DNA from: Sphyrna mokarran | Lineage: Eukaryota | Length of the DNA stretch: 64,000 nucleotides | Reading direction: 5' to 3' | Assembly (NCBI GenBank): GCA_024679065.1 | Contig: JAGIQG010000023.1 | Span: 43,710,001-43,774,000, forward strand | In this document: positions 50,117-62,440 of the stretch, one piece after another | Layout: each line of letters opens with the position of its first letter | How positions within the stretch are numbered: the stretch's first letter is position 1 | Position numbers and translations under genes: made by a program | The notes under the pieces: model-generated | Database searches by the model: none | Told to the model about the DNA's origin: nothing | The model's input: only the letters and a program-made list of their open reading frames with translations

Positions 50117-51369
50117 TTACAGTGAAAATCTCCTAATCACCACACTCCAGTGCCTATTTGGGTACATTAAGGGAGAATTTAGCATGGCCAATTTATCAAA
50201 CCAGCACATCTTGGGACTTGGGAGGAAACTGGAGCTTGTAGAGGAAACCCACGCAGACACGCGGAGAATGTGCAGACTCCACACAGACAGTGACCTGAGC
50301 CAGGAATCGAACCCAAGTCCCTGATGCTGCGAGACAGCAGTGCTAACCACTGTGACTTCGAGCCACAACACATTATCTGAAAGTTTGGTTTCCATGTATA
50401 ATTTGCTGATTACCATAAATTGAATTTGCCTGGAGGCTGTGGACAAACAACTGCAGATTTAACACACAAGCACTGATTAAAAGCAATATTGATGAAGCAT
50501 TTGAGGTTGGCAATCTTCCCAGTTTGGCCAGATGTCTCCAGGGGTTGAATATCAATCTCCAGGACACTGCTGTGTGGAGAAAACTCATCAAGATATTTTA
50601 AAAAAAAGATTTTTTTGTCATTTTCTTTGAACATGTTCAATATTGAAATTTGGGGAGGGGGAGTCCGGTGGTGTGGGGAGTGGGCAGTGACGGGGGCGGG
50701 GGGGCTTATTGGCTGACAATCAAGCATCATCCAATGAGTCTTGAGGCTTTCTAATTGGTGTAGGAAGGCAATGCGTCACAAAGATGGCTGAAGTGTTGGC
50801 TAAATAATGGCTGGACTATGGGACAGGTCATGACTATTTAGCAACTGTGGAGCAGTAAATGTGGGCTCCACGCCCACTAACAGTTTGGAGTGGGCTAGCT
50901 AACACACAATGACTGGCTTCTGGTGAGCACGTTTTTGGACGCAAGCCCAATCAAGTGATGTTCAAGTGAACAATCAATGTCGTTGAAGCCTTGACAAAGA
51001 GGTGAATTCTCCGGCTGTTCCTGTGGACAGGGTCTTCTGACCACACCCCCGCGTGCTGACAGTGCACCCCGCAGCATGGAGTGCAGTCAATGCGAAATCC
51101 CATTGACAATGGCAGGACTAGATAAATCTCGCAGTGACGAATTGTGTGCCATCTCCGACTGTGAGAAACATTCTTTGAGGAGGATGGAGAATCTCTCCCC
51201 CCCCCAAGAGTCCCAGAAAGTCTCCCAAAAAGTCCCTGTCTCCAAATGCCATCTTCAAACATTCCTCTCTGATAGGTGAGTGCTTGTGTCTTGACGTGTG
51301 ACCAGTTTGATGGATGCCTCAGGCTTTCCATAGTTATTTGTCTATGCCATGGGGCTGCCTCTGAGCACT

Positions 51370-51910
51370 GTAAGAGGTCTGACAACACCAATTTTAAATC
51401 CAACCGATTTATTTGATGGTAAACCCACAAGCTTTCGGCTTTTGTAGCCTTCCTCAGGCGAATGAGGTGTCCTGGTCTGCAACAGTACACATGTCAGCAC
51501 AGACAGTTTACAGATTACTGATTAGAATGCGAATCCTTACACCTAACCTGCTATTCAAGTGTTAAAGTGGCTAACAATGTGAGTGGAAGGAGCACTGAAC
51601 ACACGTTAGAGAGATGTGTATTGCCTCCAGACAGCACAGTAAGTGAGGTTTTTTGCTAACCCAGGCAAGTCATGGGGGTTACAGATAGTGTGACACGAAG
51701 CCAAAATCCCTGTTAAGACCGTCCTTGTGTGCAGAACTTGGCTATCAGTCTCTGCTCAGCGACTCTGCACTGTCGTGTGTCGTGAAGGCCCCCTTGAAGA
51801 ACATTTACCCGAAGGTCGGAGGCCGAATGCCTGTGACCGCTGAAGTGTTCGCCAACAGGAAGGGAACAGTTTTGCCTGGTGATTGTCGAGCGATGTTCCT
51901 TTCATCCAAC
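51370..51910 (-). mobile_element. Penelope-like element 3' end: GIY-YIG endonuclease C-terminus plus pseudo-LTR
   Basis: The - strand reads HRSTITRQNCSLPVGEHFSGHRHSASDLRVNVLQGGLHDTRQCRVAEQRLIAKFCT, then after a frameshift DGLNRDFGFVSHYL*. This fits the PLE GIY-YIG tail pattern (HF...H...E..LI..F...GLN). Confidence 0.85.
51424..51462 (-). ncRNA. Minimal hammerhead ribozyme motif in PLE pseudo-LTR
   Basis: The - strand reads TTCGC CTGAGGA A GGCT ACAAA AGCC GAAA GCTT GTGGG. Stem I pairs using G-U wobbles. Confidence 0.7.
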
Positions 51911-52579
51911 TGGGAACATCAGGGCCAATCTTTTGATTGTTAATGGAAGGACGCACTTCACACAGTTGTGCTAACTCAATGCTTACTAACTGCACACTCT
52001 CTGGAAGCCTAAGATGAGGGATTTAATGGCCATGCATTTTACCAACTCACCAATAGGCAGCTTGATGGGATTAACTCCCTGATTCAAGTATCATAATACA
52101 GTGTCACATAATCTTAAGGTAACTCACATCTTCACAAGGATTTTTGATCAACTGAAGATCTTAATAAAAAATAATCTCTATTATCAGAACTCCCTAAAAC
52201 AAATCAGGTCACCTCTATACCTCTCAACAACATAGAATCACTATAGTACAGAAGGAGGCCATTAGGCCCATTGTACTGATTACAGTTCCACCCGGACCCT
52301 ATTCGTTTAAGCCAGTACATGAACCCTGCTAATCCTCTTGACACTATGGACAAAGGCTAATCAATCTAACCCAGACATCTTTGGGCTGTGGGGGGAAATT
52401 GGAGCAAACCCACACAGACACGGGGAGAATGTGCAAACTCCACACAGACAGTGACCCAAGCCAGGAATCGAACTTGGGTTCCTGGAGATGTGAAGCAGCT
52501 GTGCCAACCACTGCACCACCCACGTAGCCAGGAACATCCTGCCTCTTTCTATTCATCTGTTTCAATAATGTAGGGCTGA

Positions 52580-53310
52580 CAATGAGGACTGTGGATAAAG
52601 ACTCGCTGGCACTCCAACTCTGCATCTTGTTCTTGCACCCACTGCTCTGTCCTTGACCCTCTGTGATGCCCCACTGAAGCCCAGTGCCAGCTGGAAAAGC
52701 AGCTTCTCATCTCTTGATGGGCAGGTTGCAGTCCCCAAGACTCAATGTTGAATTTGTCAGCTTTAGATTGTGACTTTCCTCTTCCATCTTCAACTATTTT
52801 TCTTTTTTTAAATTATTCCATATATTGCCCCAATGCAGCCCCCAACCCATTCCTCACCCCACTCCACCCCTCTCCACTTACACCAGGCCATACTCCCAAC
52901 TCTTCCCACTCCTATCACTCACACCAGAGCATCAGTTACTTCTCCTTAAAGTTGCTAGTTTTTATTGTGGTCCCTAAAGCTCTAACACAATCTCCCTCCT
53001 ATTTACTCTACTGCCCCCTTAACGTTGCAGGGCTATTTAGCACGGCCAATCAAACTAACCTGGACATTTTTGGGCTGTGGGAGGAAACCAGAGCACCCAG
53101 AGGAAACCCACACAGACACGGGGAGAATGTGCAAATCTCCATTCTAATGAAGAGTCTACAGGTGGAGTTTTACAGGCTTGTTCGACTTGACACCAGAAAA
53201 TCCCACCTGAGCTCAACAGGTATCACCATTGTCCGCCCCTCGCCCACTCTGATTCCGTGGTGGGTGGGGCAGTAGACTCTAAATGTTAACTCCGTTTCTT
53301 TCGTGATAGG
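52580..53310 (+). mobile_element. Decayed Penelope-like element (family B) interrupted by a SINE and a MITE
   Basis: EAQCQLEKQLLI...LNVEF remnant. Dead hammerhead ctaatga-agagtctac/gtagactct-aaatgttaac at 53144-53290. Confidence 0.55.
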
Positions 53311-54896
53311 TGCTGGGTTTTTCCAGTGCCCATTGTCCTGTACAGTATTGAAGTTTCGCAGTGGAAGTGGGGGATGAATTCTCTGTAATCCGCTCTCTGA
53401 GGAAAGCAGATAATTTGTCAATTCCAGGACAATTGGATACAAAGCAGCAGATCCAGCCGGGGCTGATGGATGATCCACAGAAAGGTGGGGAGGCAGGAGA
53501 CGGATGAATAAGTAATACTGCGTAGTTAGTAACAATGATCCCATCACCACTGCGTCAGGATTGCCCAATCAGCGCACTGCCTTCCTGTTGGCCTAAATCT
53601 TTAACTCAGGAAGTAGGTAAAGTACATACTGAATTGATCATTATAGAGTCCCCAGAGTACAGAAGGAGGCCATTCGGCCCATGGTACATCGAGTCTGTAC
53701 CAACAAAACCCCACCTAGGCCCCTCTATTTCTGCCACCCCTACACATTTACCCTGTTAACTCTCTAGTGTCAATTTAGCATAGCCAACCAACATAACCCA
53801 CACATCTTTGGACTGCGGGAGGAAACCCATGCAGACACAGGGAGAACGTGCATAACTCCATACAAATCGGACCCAGGTCCATGGCATTGCGAGGCTGCAG
53901 TGCTAACTTCTGCATTACCAACCTGCCCTATCGCACTGCTCAACAAAAGGCCAATCGCAAATATAAATATGTTAATCAGACAGGACAGCTCTGCAATGGG
54001 ACAAAGGCATCGGCTGAAAGCTTCTGTTGCCCAGGAACTCAGTAACTCACTTGGTGCCATTCCCCTGTCTGCTTCTACCTGCACTCAGCAGGTACTCAGC
54101 ACTGCCAGTGATCCCTGCAATGACGTTGTGGTATTCACTTATTGCTATTGACTGGATCCTTCGTGATTCATTTGCAAACACTGTTACTCTGACCTTTTGC
54201 TAAGTTTGGATGAGGTGAATCATCTCGCTGCAGAGTATCAAATCCTACGAGCTGCACCACACCCAGCAGAGTTTGGCCTACTTATCTCCACAACATGCCT
54301 CTTTACAATGAAATGGAGAACAGCAGATATGCACCAAGTTATGCTATACGTATTTATCGCCTCTCCTATAAATACTCGTGTCTATTTCTACAGCGAACTC
54401 CATAGAAGATCACCTTCCCGTTTTAGCTGGTTGCCAGACACTGGGACACATTGTGAGTTTATTGATCCACAGTTAGCCCTGTGTCTCAGAATCTTCACGC
54501 GACAGCTGAGAATGAAGCTGAGGGCATCTCGCAGGGGGCAGAGTTCAGGGAAAGCTCCACATACCCGCTAGGAACAGCATGTTACACTAGATGTGAGTCT
54601 GGCCGGAGACCTGACAACAAAATCACACACAACATGAGAAGAAAAGGAATAGGATACGGCATTTCAAGACTGTTGTGTCTTTCAGTAGGACGTTAGCTGA
54701 TCCGCTTGTGGTCTTAACTATACATTCCTGTCTGCCCCCAGTAATCCTAGACTCCCACATCGATCAAAATCTGTCTAACTTAGTCTTAAATACATGAGAA
54801 GAGAATTCCAAACACTAACGACCCCGGTACGGGAAGAAATTCCCCCTCATCTTCATCTAAAGTGGGAATTCCTTAATTTTAAACTACATATCTTAG

Positions 54897-55258
54897 TTTG
54901 ATTTGATTTATTATTGCCATATGTATTAGTAAATAGTGAGAAATATTGTTTCTTGTGTGCTATATAGACAAAGCACAGTACACAGAGAAGGAAAGATGTG
55001 CAGAATGTAGTCACACCTAGAGTGTAGAGAATGATCAACTTAATGCCAGGTAGGTCTACTCAAAAGTCTGATGGCAGCAGGGAACAAACTGTTCTTGAGT
55101 CAGTTGGTACATGACCTCAGACTTTTGTATCCTTTTCCTGACAAAAGGAGGTGGGAGAGGGTATGTCCAGGGTGAGTGAGATCCCTTAATTATGCTGGCT
55201 GCTTTTCCAAGGCGGCTGGAAGTGTAGACAGAGTCAGTAAATGGAGGCTGGTTTGTGT
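54897..55258 (-). mobile_element. Rex1/Babar-like LINE 3' end
   Basis: Near-identical to 49691-50060. A third fragment at about 44970-45410 is split by a SINE. Confidence 0.75.
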
Positions 55259-55610
55259 GGGGGTTACAGATAGTGTGGCATAAATCTCCATGGACTTGCC
55301 TGTGCTTGCAACATCTCACTTACTGTCTTGTCTGGAGACAATACACATCTCTTTAACCTATGCTTAATGCTATCTCCACTCACATTGTCTGCACCTTTAA
55401 GATTTGATTAGCTGTAAAGACTCGCATTCTAAACTGAATGTGTGCCTTTATATGCCCTGTTTGTGATCAAAACTCTCCACTCATCTGACAAAGGAGCAAA
55501 ACCCCACAAGCTAGTGGTGTTTGCTTACAAATAAACCTGTTAGACTTTAACCTGGTATTGTGAGACGTCTTACTGTGTTTACCCCAGTCCAACACCAGCA
55601 TCCCCAACTC
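55259..55610 (+). mobile_element. Penelope-like pseudo-LTR (family A) with short 5' inversion and decayed hammerhead
   Basis: Starts with ggggttacagatagtgtg (the ORF end in inverted orientation), then runs antiparallel to 51370-51680. The core has decayed to ctgacaaaggagc...caagctag. Confidence 0.75.
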
Positions 55611-55619
55611 AACACGGTA

Positions 55620-56850
55620 TCAGTAGAAATGAACATGGCACAGTTCTTGCGGAGACAAAGTGCTATCTTTACATTGCGGATACTCTCCAACATCGTGAGT
55701 AGCACTGTCATCGTGTGAAATGCGATAGATTTTTGAAGAGATCTAGCAAGTCAAAACTGGGCATCCATGAGGCACTGTGGGCCATCAGCAGCAGTGGAAC
55801 TGTACCCCAGCACAACCTGTAACCTCGTGGCCCAGCATATCCCCCATTCAACAATTACCACCACGCTAAGGGATGAAACCTGGGTCAATGAAGAGTACAG
55901 GAAAGGTAAGACAGGAGCAGCACAAGGCATTCATAAAAATTAGACATCAACTTTAAAACAGGACTACTCATGATCCAAACAGTGGAAGCAGCATGCCATA
56001 GATAGAATAAAGCAATCCTACAACCAATGGATCAGATCTAAGCTCGACAGTCCGAACCGTGAATGGTGGAGGACAATTAAACAGCTCACTGGAGGAGGAG
56101 CTCTATAAATATCCCCCTCCTGAATGATAGAGGAGCTGGCACATGAGTGTGAAGGATAAGGCTGAAGCATTCACAATGATCTTCAGCCAGGAGTGCCAAA
56201 TGGATGATCCATCTCAGCCTCTTCCAATGGTTCCCAGCATCTGAGATATCAGTCTCCAGCCACTTCCATTCACTCCATGTGATATCAGCTGAAGGCACTG
56301 GATACTGCAAAGGCAAAGGGCTCCGACAGCATTGCGGCTATAGTCCTGAAGATTTGTGCTCCAGAACGTACTGCGCCCATAGCCAAGCTCTTCCAATGCA
56401 TTTACAACACTGGCGGTTACCCAGCAAGGTAGAAAACTGCCCCAGCCTTGTCCTATCCACAAATCCAACTCGGCCAATTAATGCCCCATTAGTCTACTCA
56501 CAATCATCAGTGCACTGATGGAAGATGTTATCACTTGATTCCAGTGCTATCAAGTGGCACTTACTCAATCTATAGTCTGCTGTGTTCCAGCAGAGCCACT
56601 AGCTCCTGGCCTTATTACAGCATTCATGCACATATGGATAAAAGATCAAAATTCAAGATGAGTGTGACTGCCCTTGACATCAAGACAGCGTGTGGCATCA
56701 AGGAGCCCCGGCAAAACTGGATTCAATGGAAATCAAAGGGAAAACTCTACACTGGTTGGAGTCAAACCCTGGCACAAAGGAAGGTGATTGTGGTTGTTGT
56801 AGGACATCACTGCAAGAGTTCCTCAGGGTAGTGTCCAAGACCCAACCATC
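55620..56850 (+). mobile_element. Second LINE family (CR1/L2-related), decayed RT region
   Basis: KAKGSDSIAAIVLKICAPE...LAKLFQ-like and VTALDIK remnants. Its 3' part recurs at about 1400-1870 (+), 4980-5140 (+), 20250-20600 (-) and 59463-59910 (+). Confidence 0.65.
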
Positions 56851-56879
56851 TTCATTGATGACTACAGAGGGACGATCTC

Positions 56880-59400
56880 CAGAGACAATCTGGTCAGGGG
56901 AAGGCATGAGAAAGCACTAGTAAGAAGGATTAGGGAGAATTCTGAGATACTCTATCAGTACAGTAAGGGGAAGAGGAGAACCAGGGAAAGAAGAGGGCTT
57001 ATTAGGGACTACGGTGGCAATCTGTGCATGGAACAATGATAGGGTGTTAAATGAATGTTTCATATCTTCACTTGGGAGAAGGAGGATTTCGGTACAGAAT
57101 TTGAGGAGAGGAGCTGTGAAGGTCTTGAACAGTTTGACGTAGAAAATGACAAGATATTGGAGGCTCTGGCAGACTTAAAAGTGGACAAATTCCTATCTCT
57201 GTGGGAGGCAAGGAAGGAAATTACATGAGTTTGACCTTCTCCGGCCACAGTGGGAGGCTAATGTGCTTTCACTCCTCAAGAAATGTGGTAAAGATAAACC
57301 AGGGAATTACAGACCGTGAGACTCCTATCAGTGGGAAGAGTTTTCCTATTGGGGAAAACTCTTAAGCAGAGGATTAATCTTCACCTAAGGTTTGATTAGG
57401 GATAGTCAGCATGGCTTTATCAGAGGGCGGTCATGCTTAATGTATTTGATGCAAGTTTTTGAGGAGGTGACCAAGTGTGCAGATGAGGGAAGTGCAATTA
57501 ATGTAGTTTATATAAATTTCAGAAACTACAGAGAAAGTCAGATAGCAGTGTACTCCCACGGAGTGGGGGGGGGTTTCATTCAATGATTTTTATTTGACTA
57601 GAGATTATCTCTCACACAATGACAGGACTCACCCCAATGGAATTATTAATGAGACGGAAGCTTTGGACAAAACTAAACCGACTGTTCCCAAAACTAACAG
57701 AAGGGTGAAATCCCATTAAGAGAAGCAGAAGAAGAAATATGATCTGTACTTGGAGTATTGTGAGCAATTTTGGGTCCCATATCTAAGGAAGGATGTGCTG
57801 GTCTTGGAAAGGGCTCAGCAGCAGTTGGTAAGAATACCCCTGGAATGAAGGGCTTGTCACATGAGGAATGGTTGAGGACTCTGGGTCTGTACTCATTGGA
57901 GTTTATTGAAACTTACAGAATCCTACAAACCTGGAATAGAGTGGACGTGGAGAAGATGTTTCCACTGGTAGGAAAAACTAGAACCAGAGGGCACAACCTC
58001 AGGCTGAAGGGATGATCCTTTAGAACAGAGATGAGGAGGAACTTCTTCAGCCAGAGAGTGGTGAATCTGTGGAACTCTTTGCTTGTGGAGGCTGGGTCAC
58101 TGAGTGTCTTTAAGACAGAGATAGATAGATTTCTGATTAATAAGGGCATCGGGGGTTATGGAGAAAAGGCAGGAGAATGGAGATGAGAAAAATATCAGCC
58201 ATAATTGAATGGAGGAGCAGATTCAATGGGCCGAGTGGCCTAATTCTGCTCCTATGTCTTATAGTCTTAAAGCACGTTCACAACCGGTAACCATGTGAGG
58301 AACTTTGGAAATGGTTTTTGTTGTGTCTCTGGGATCATAATGGGAAAAACAGGCTTGTGTATTATAAGGACCAGGGCAAAATTATCAGGAAACACCTGAA
58401 CCATCTCAGGTGTAGGGATCTGTGTTGGTGCAGGACACATTACCAGTCATAGGGACTACCCGTGCCAGCATTGAGCCATGGCTAGCAGTACCCCCCCATG
58501 CCTGTCCCTCCAGATGACGAGGACCACTGATTCGGAGATGGAAATGAAAGAGACTGAAGCAAGACCTCAGGAACAACTGGTGTCAATGGAGTTATGGCGT
58601 TCCCTTTGGAAGCAAACATCTCCAATACATTTTACAGCCCTGATCCAGTCCCGCTTCCAATCGATCCCGGGCGATAGCTAAGCAGCAGAATAGCATCCAA
58701 CCCAATCCCATCCCCTACTCCAGATGGTTGGGGTGCTGGGGAAGAAAAGGGGGGAAGGGATGTTATGATGGCCACAGGGGATCGTCAATATGTCCGCCTG
58801 TGGGCCTTGTAGAATAAAGCCCGCCAAATTTAAAAAAGCAGCGAGGGAGTTTAAAACAAGCTGGTTCCACTCAGACCAATAGACTGGGGGCTTGACTATA
58901 TACTGTAGCCACTCAGCAGCAAGTTGAACACACTAGAATGCTACCAGGATTTGATGGCTTGAGTTACAAGGAAAGATTGGATAGACTGGGACTTTATTTT
59001 TCAGAAGTGTAGGAGGCTGAGGGGTGATCTTATAGAGATCTATAAAATAATGAAGGGCACAGGTCAGCTAGATATCTTTTCCCAAAGCTAGGGGAATCTA
59101 AAATTAGAGGTCATAGGTTTAAGGTGAGAGGAGAGAGATACAAAAGGGTCCAAAGGAACAATTTTTTCACACAGAGGGTGGTGAGTGTTTGGAACAAGCT
59201 GCCAGAAGTGGTAGTAGAGGCTGGTACAATTTTGTCTTTTAAAAAGCATTTAGACAGTTACATGGGTAAGATGGATATAGAGGGATATGGGCTAAATGCG
59301 GGCAATTGGGACTAGCTTCGGTTTAAAAAAAAGGGCGGCATGGACAAGTTGGGCTGAAGGGCCTGTTTCCCTGCTGTAAACCTGGATGACTCTATGATTG
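56880..59400 (+). mobile_element. Cluster of CR1 fragments (about 56880-57520, 57745-58270, 58925-59400)
   Basis: SQHGFIRGRSCL; TRGHNL...NFFSQRVVNLWN; NFFTQRVVSVWNKLP. Intervening sequence unassigned. Confidence 0.8.
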
Positions 59401-59462
59401 TACATCAAGGTGATTGGTGACTGGTCTTGGTAAGATTATTACCGTAATTACTATTTGCCTAG

Positions 59463-59910
59463 ATGGGTGCAGCTCCAACAACACTCAGCAAGCTCGACAC
59501 CATCCAGGACAAAGCAACCTGCTTGATAGGCACCCCATCCACCACCTTTAACATCTACTCCCTCCACAATTGGCATAGAGTGGCAGCCATGCATACAACC
59601 TACAAGATGCACTGCAGCAACTCACCAAAGCACCATCAACAGCACCTTCCAAACCTGCAACCATCTAGAAAGACAAGGGCAGCAGATACGTGGGGACACC
59701 ACCATCCTCTCCAAGCCACACACCTTCCTGGAAATACATCACCATTCCATCATTGTCACTGGGTATAAATCCTGGAACTTCCTCCCTAACAGCACTGTGG
59801 GTGTACCTACACCAGGTGGACTGAAAAAGTCAGTTCACCACCACCTATTCAGAGGATGGGCAATAAATGTTGGCCTCGGCAGAAAAGCTAACATCCCAAG
59901 GAAGAAGAAG
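59463..59910 (+). mobile_element. 3' end of the second CR1/L2-related LINE family
   Basis: MGAAPTTLSKLDTIQDKATCLIG...SLHNWHRVAA..YKMH; tail ggatgggcaataaatg. Confidence 0.75.
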
Positions 59911-60648
59911 TTTTAAAAATTAAGCGGTAGAAGGCGGATGAGTGAGTCTGATCCTGGTTCCACACTCAAACCAGCGTTGGTCTGAGCAGTATGCAGGGGA
60001 CAGTGAGGGCATTTATTCCCAAGGCACTATTGGAAGCCATGCTACTTCTCAGTGAAAAAGCTGTCCCCCAGGAATTCCAACATCTCTGTCCAACCTTGGA
60101 TTGTAGTTTGTACAAAACAGGCACAATATTACCTTGTTTTCTTTGAGGAGCCTATGAAATCCCTACCAAAAGTCATCATCTCCCTTATACTGATGTCTCT
60201 GTGTAAGCAGAGACTCTGACCTGCAGATCCAGCAGATAGAGGTCCGAGCACTCTTTACAACTCTGCCGGGGGACTCCTGACTGTTTCTCTGTATAGTAGG
60301 CAGGTAAATAAATCCCTTTAAATTTTCCCAGACTCAAGGTCTACTTACATGCATCACCCTGAACAAGGACACAACTCTGGGCCCAGTATGGGATAGGAAC
60401 TCAACCACACAATTAAACTGAACCTCCAAAAAAAACCAGCAAGTGTCCCCACTCTAATGTTTAGGATGAACATTAAATATTTATTGGACTTGAGGATAGA
60501 AATTTCTAAGTGGCAGTGGTACTTCAAGAGCGACTTATAAAATTTTATTGCTTCCTCGAGTCGGGGCAGCACGGTAGCACGGTTAGCACTGCTGTCTCAC
60601 AATGCCAGGGCCTCGGGTTCAATTCCAGCCTTGGGTCACTGTCTATGT

Positions 60649-62440
60649 CTTCTTTAGATATGTTAAGAATAGAAGATTGGTTAGGGCAAGATTAGGGCCA
60701 GTCATAGACAGCAGTGGGAAGTTGTGCGTGGAGCCTGAGGAGATTGGAGAGGTACTGAATAAATATTTCTCTTCGGTATTCACGCAGGGTGATGTAAATG
60801 TAGTTACGGAGAACACTGAGGTACAGGGTAGCAAACTGGAAAGTATTGAAGTAGATAGGGAGGATGTGCTAGATATTCTCGAGGTTTGAAGTTGGATAAG
60901 TCCCCTGGGCCGGACGGGATTTACCCTAGGATTCTCTGGGAGGCAAGAGAGGAGCTTGCAGAGCCTCTGGCTCTGATCTTCAGGTCATCGTTGGTTACGG
61001 GTGTGGTTCCGGAGGACTGGAGGATAGCGAATGTGGTCCCGTTGTTCAAGAAGGGGAAGAGAGACATTCCAGGGAATTATAGGCCAGTGAGTCTTACTTC
61101 TGTGGTGGGCAAAGTGTTGGAGAGAATAATTAGGGATAGGATTTATACTTATTTAGAGAGTAATGAATTGATTGGAAATAGTCAGCATGGTTTTGTGAAG
61201 GGTAGGTCGTGCCTTACTAACCTCATTGAGTTTTTTGAAAAAGGGACTAAGGAGGTGGATGGGGGTAAGGCGGTTGATGTGGTATATATGGACTTTAGTA
61301 AGGCGTTTGATAAGGTGGCCATGGAAGACTTCTGCAGAAAATGCAGATGTATGGGATAGAGGGTGATTTAGCTAATTGGGTTAGGAATTGGCTAGCAGAT
61401 AGAAGACAGAGGATGGTGGTTGATGGGAGATATTCATCGTGGAGTTCGGTGACAAGTGGTGTACCTCAGGGGTCTGTTTTGGGGCCCCTGCTGTTTGTAA
61501 TTTTAATAAATGATCTGGATGAGGGTATTGAAGGATGGATTAGTAAATTTGCAGATGACACTAAAGTCGGTGGAGTGGTAGATAGTGAAGAGGGGTGTTA
61601 TAGTTTGCAGAGGGACTTGGACAGTTGCAGAGCTGGGCCGAGAGGTGGCAAATGGAGTTTAATGTGGAAAAGTGTGAGGTAATGCACTATGGCAGAAATA
61701 ATAAATGTGTAGAGTATAGGGCAAATGGTAGGATTCTTAGTAGTCTAGATGAACAGAGGGCTCTTGGTGTGTATGTGCATAGATCCCTGAAAGTAGGCAG
61801 TCAGGTCGAGAAGGTTGTTAGGAAGGCATATGGAGTCTTGGCTTTTATTGGTAGAGGGATTGAATTTCGGAGCCGCAACGTCATGTTGCAACTGTACAAA
61901 AACTCTAGTGCGGCCGCACTTGGAGTATTGTGTGCAGTTCTGGTCCCCACATTATAAGAAAGAGGTGGAGGCATTGGAGAGGATACAGAGGAGGTTTACC
62001 AGGATGTTGCCTGGTATGGAGGGCAGGTCTTATGAGGAGAGGCTGAGGATTTGAGGTTGTTTTCCTTAGAAAGGAGGCGGCTAAGAGGGGACCTTATTGA
62101 AACATATAAGATGATTAGAGGTTTAGATAGGGTGGACAGTGATAGCCTTTTTCTAGGATGGAGAAAGCTAGCACGAGGGGACACAGCTTTAAATTAAGGG
62201 GTATGAGTTATAGGACGGATATCAGAGGTAGGTTCTTTACTCAGAGTGATTAGGGAGTGGAATGCCCTGCCTGCAGCTGTTGTAGATGCGCCAAGTTTGG
62301 TGGAGTTTAAGAGGTTAGTTGATAAGTATATGGAAGAGAAGGGAATGGTTTAGTTTGGAGGGGCATTGCTTTTTATATTGGTCAGCGCAACATCGAAGGC
62401 CGAAGGGCCTGTTCTGTGCTGTAACGTTCTATGTTCTATG
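60649..62440 (+). mobile_element. CR1-clade LINE, 5'-truncated, ORF2 RT domain with frameshifts
   Basis: [73 protein letters not shown]; ends in a (TTCTATG)n tail. Confidence 0.95.

Noticed and set aside
53170-53568. 132-aa - strand ORF with a pyrimidine tract and AG; faint resemblance to a TSPO-like last exon (TSPO2 is a human neighbour)
   Set aside because: It overlaps a MITE and a PLE pseudo-LTR, has no convincing TSPO motifs, and no companion exons were found.
58270-58920. Unassigned segment between CR1 fragments, possibly a solo LTR
   Set aside because: No TG...CA ends, TSD or second copy could be identified.
60602-62184. RT ORFs as an active retrotransposon or domesticated gene
   Set aside because: 5'-truncated, with an in-frame stop and several frameshifts.
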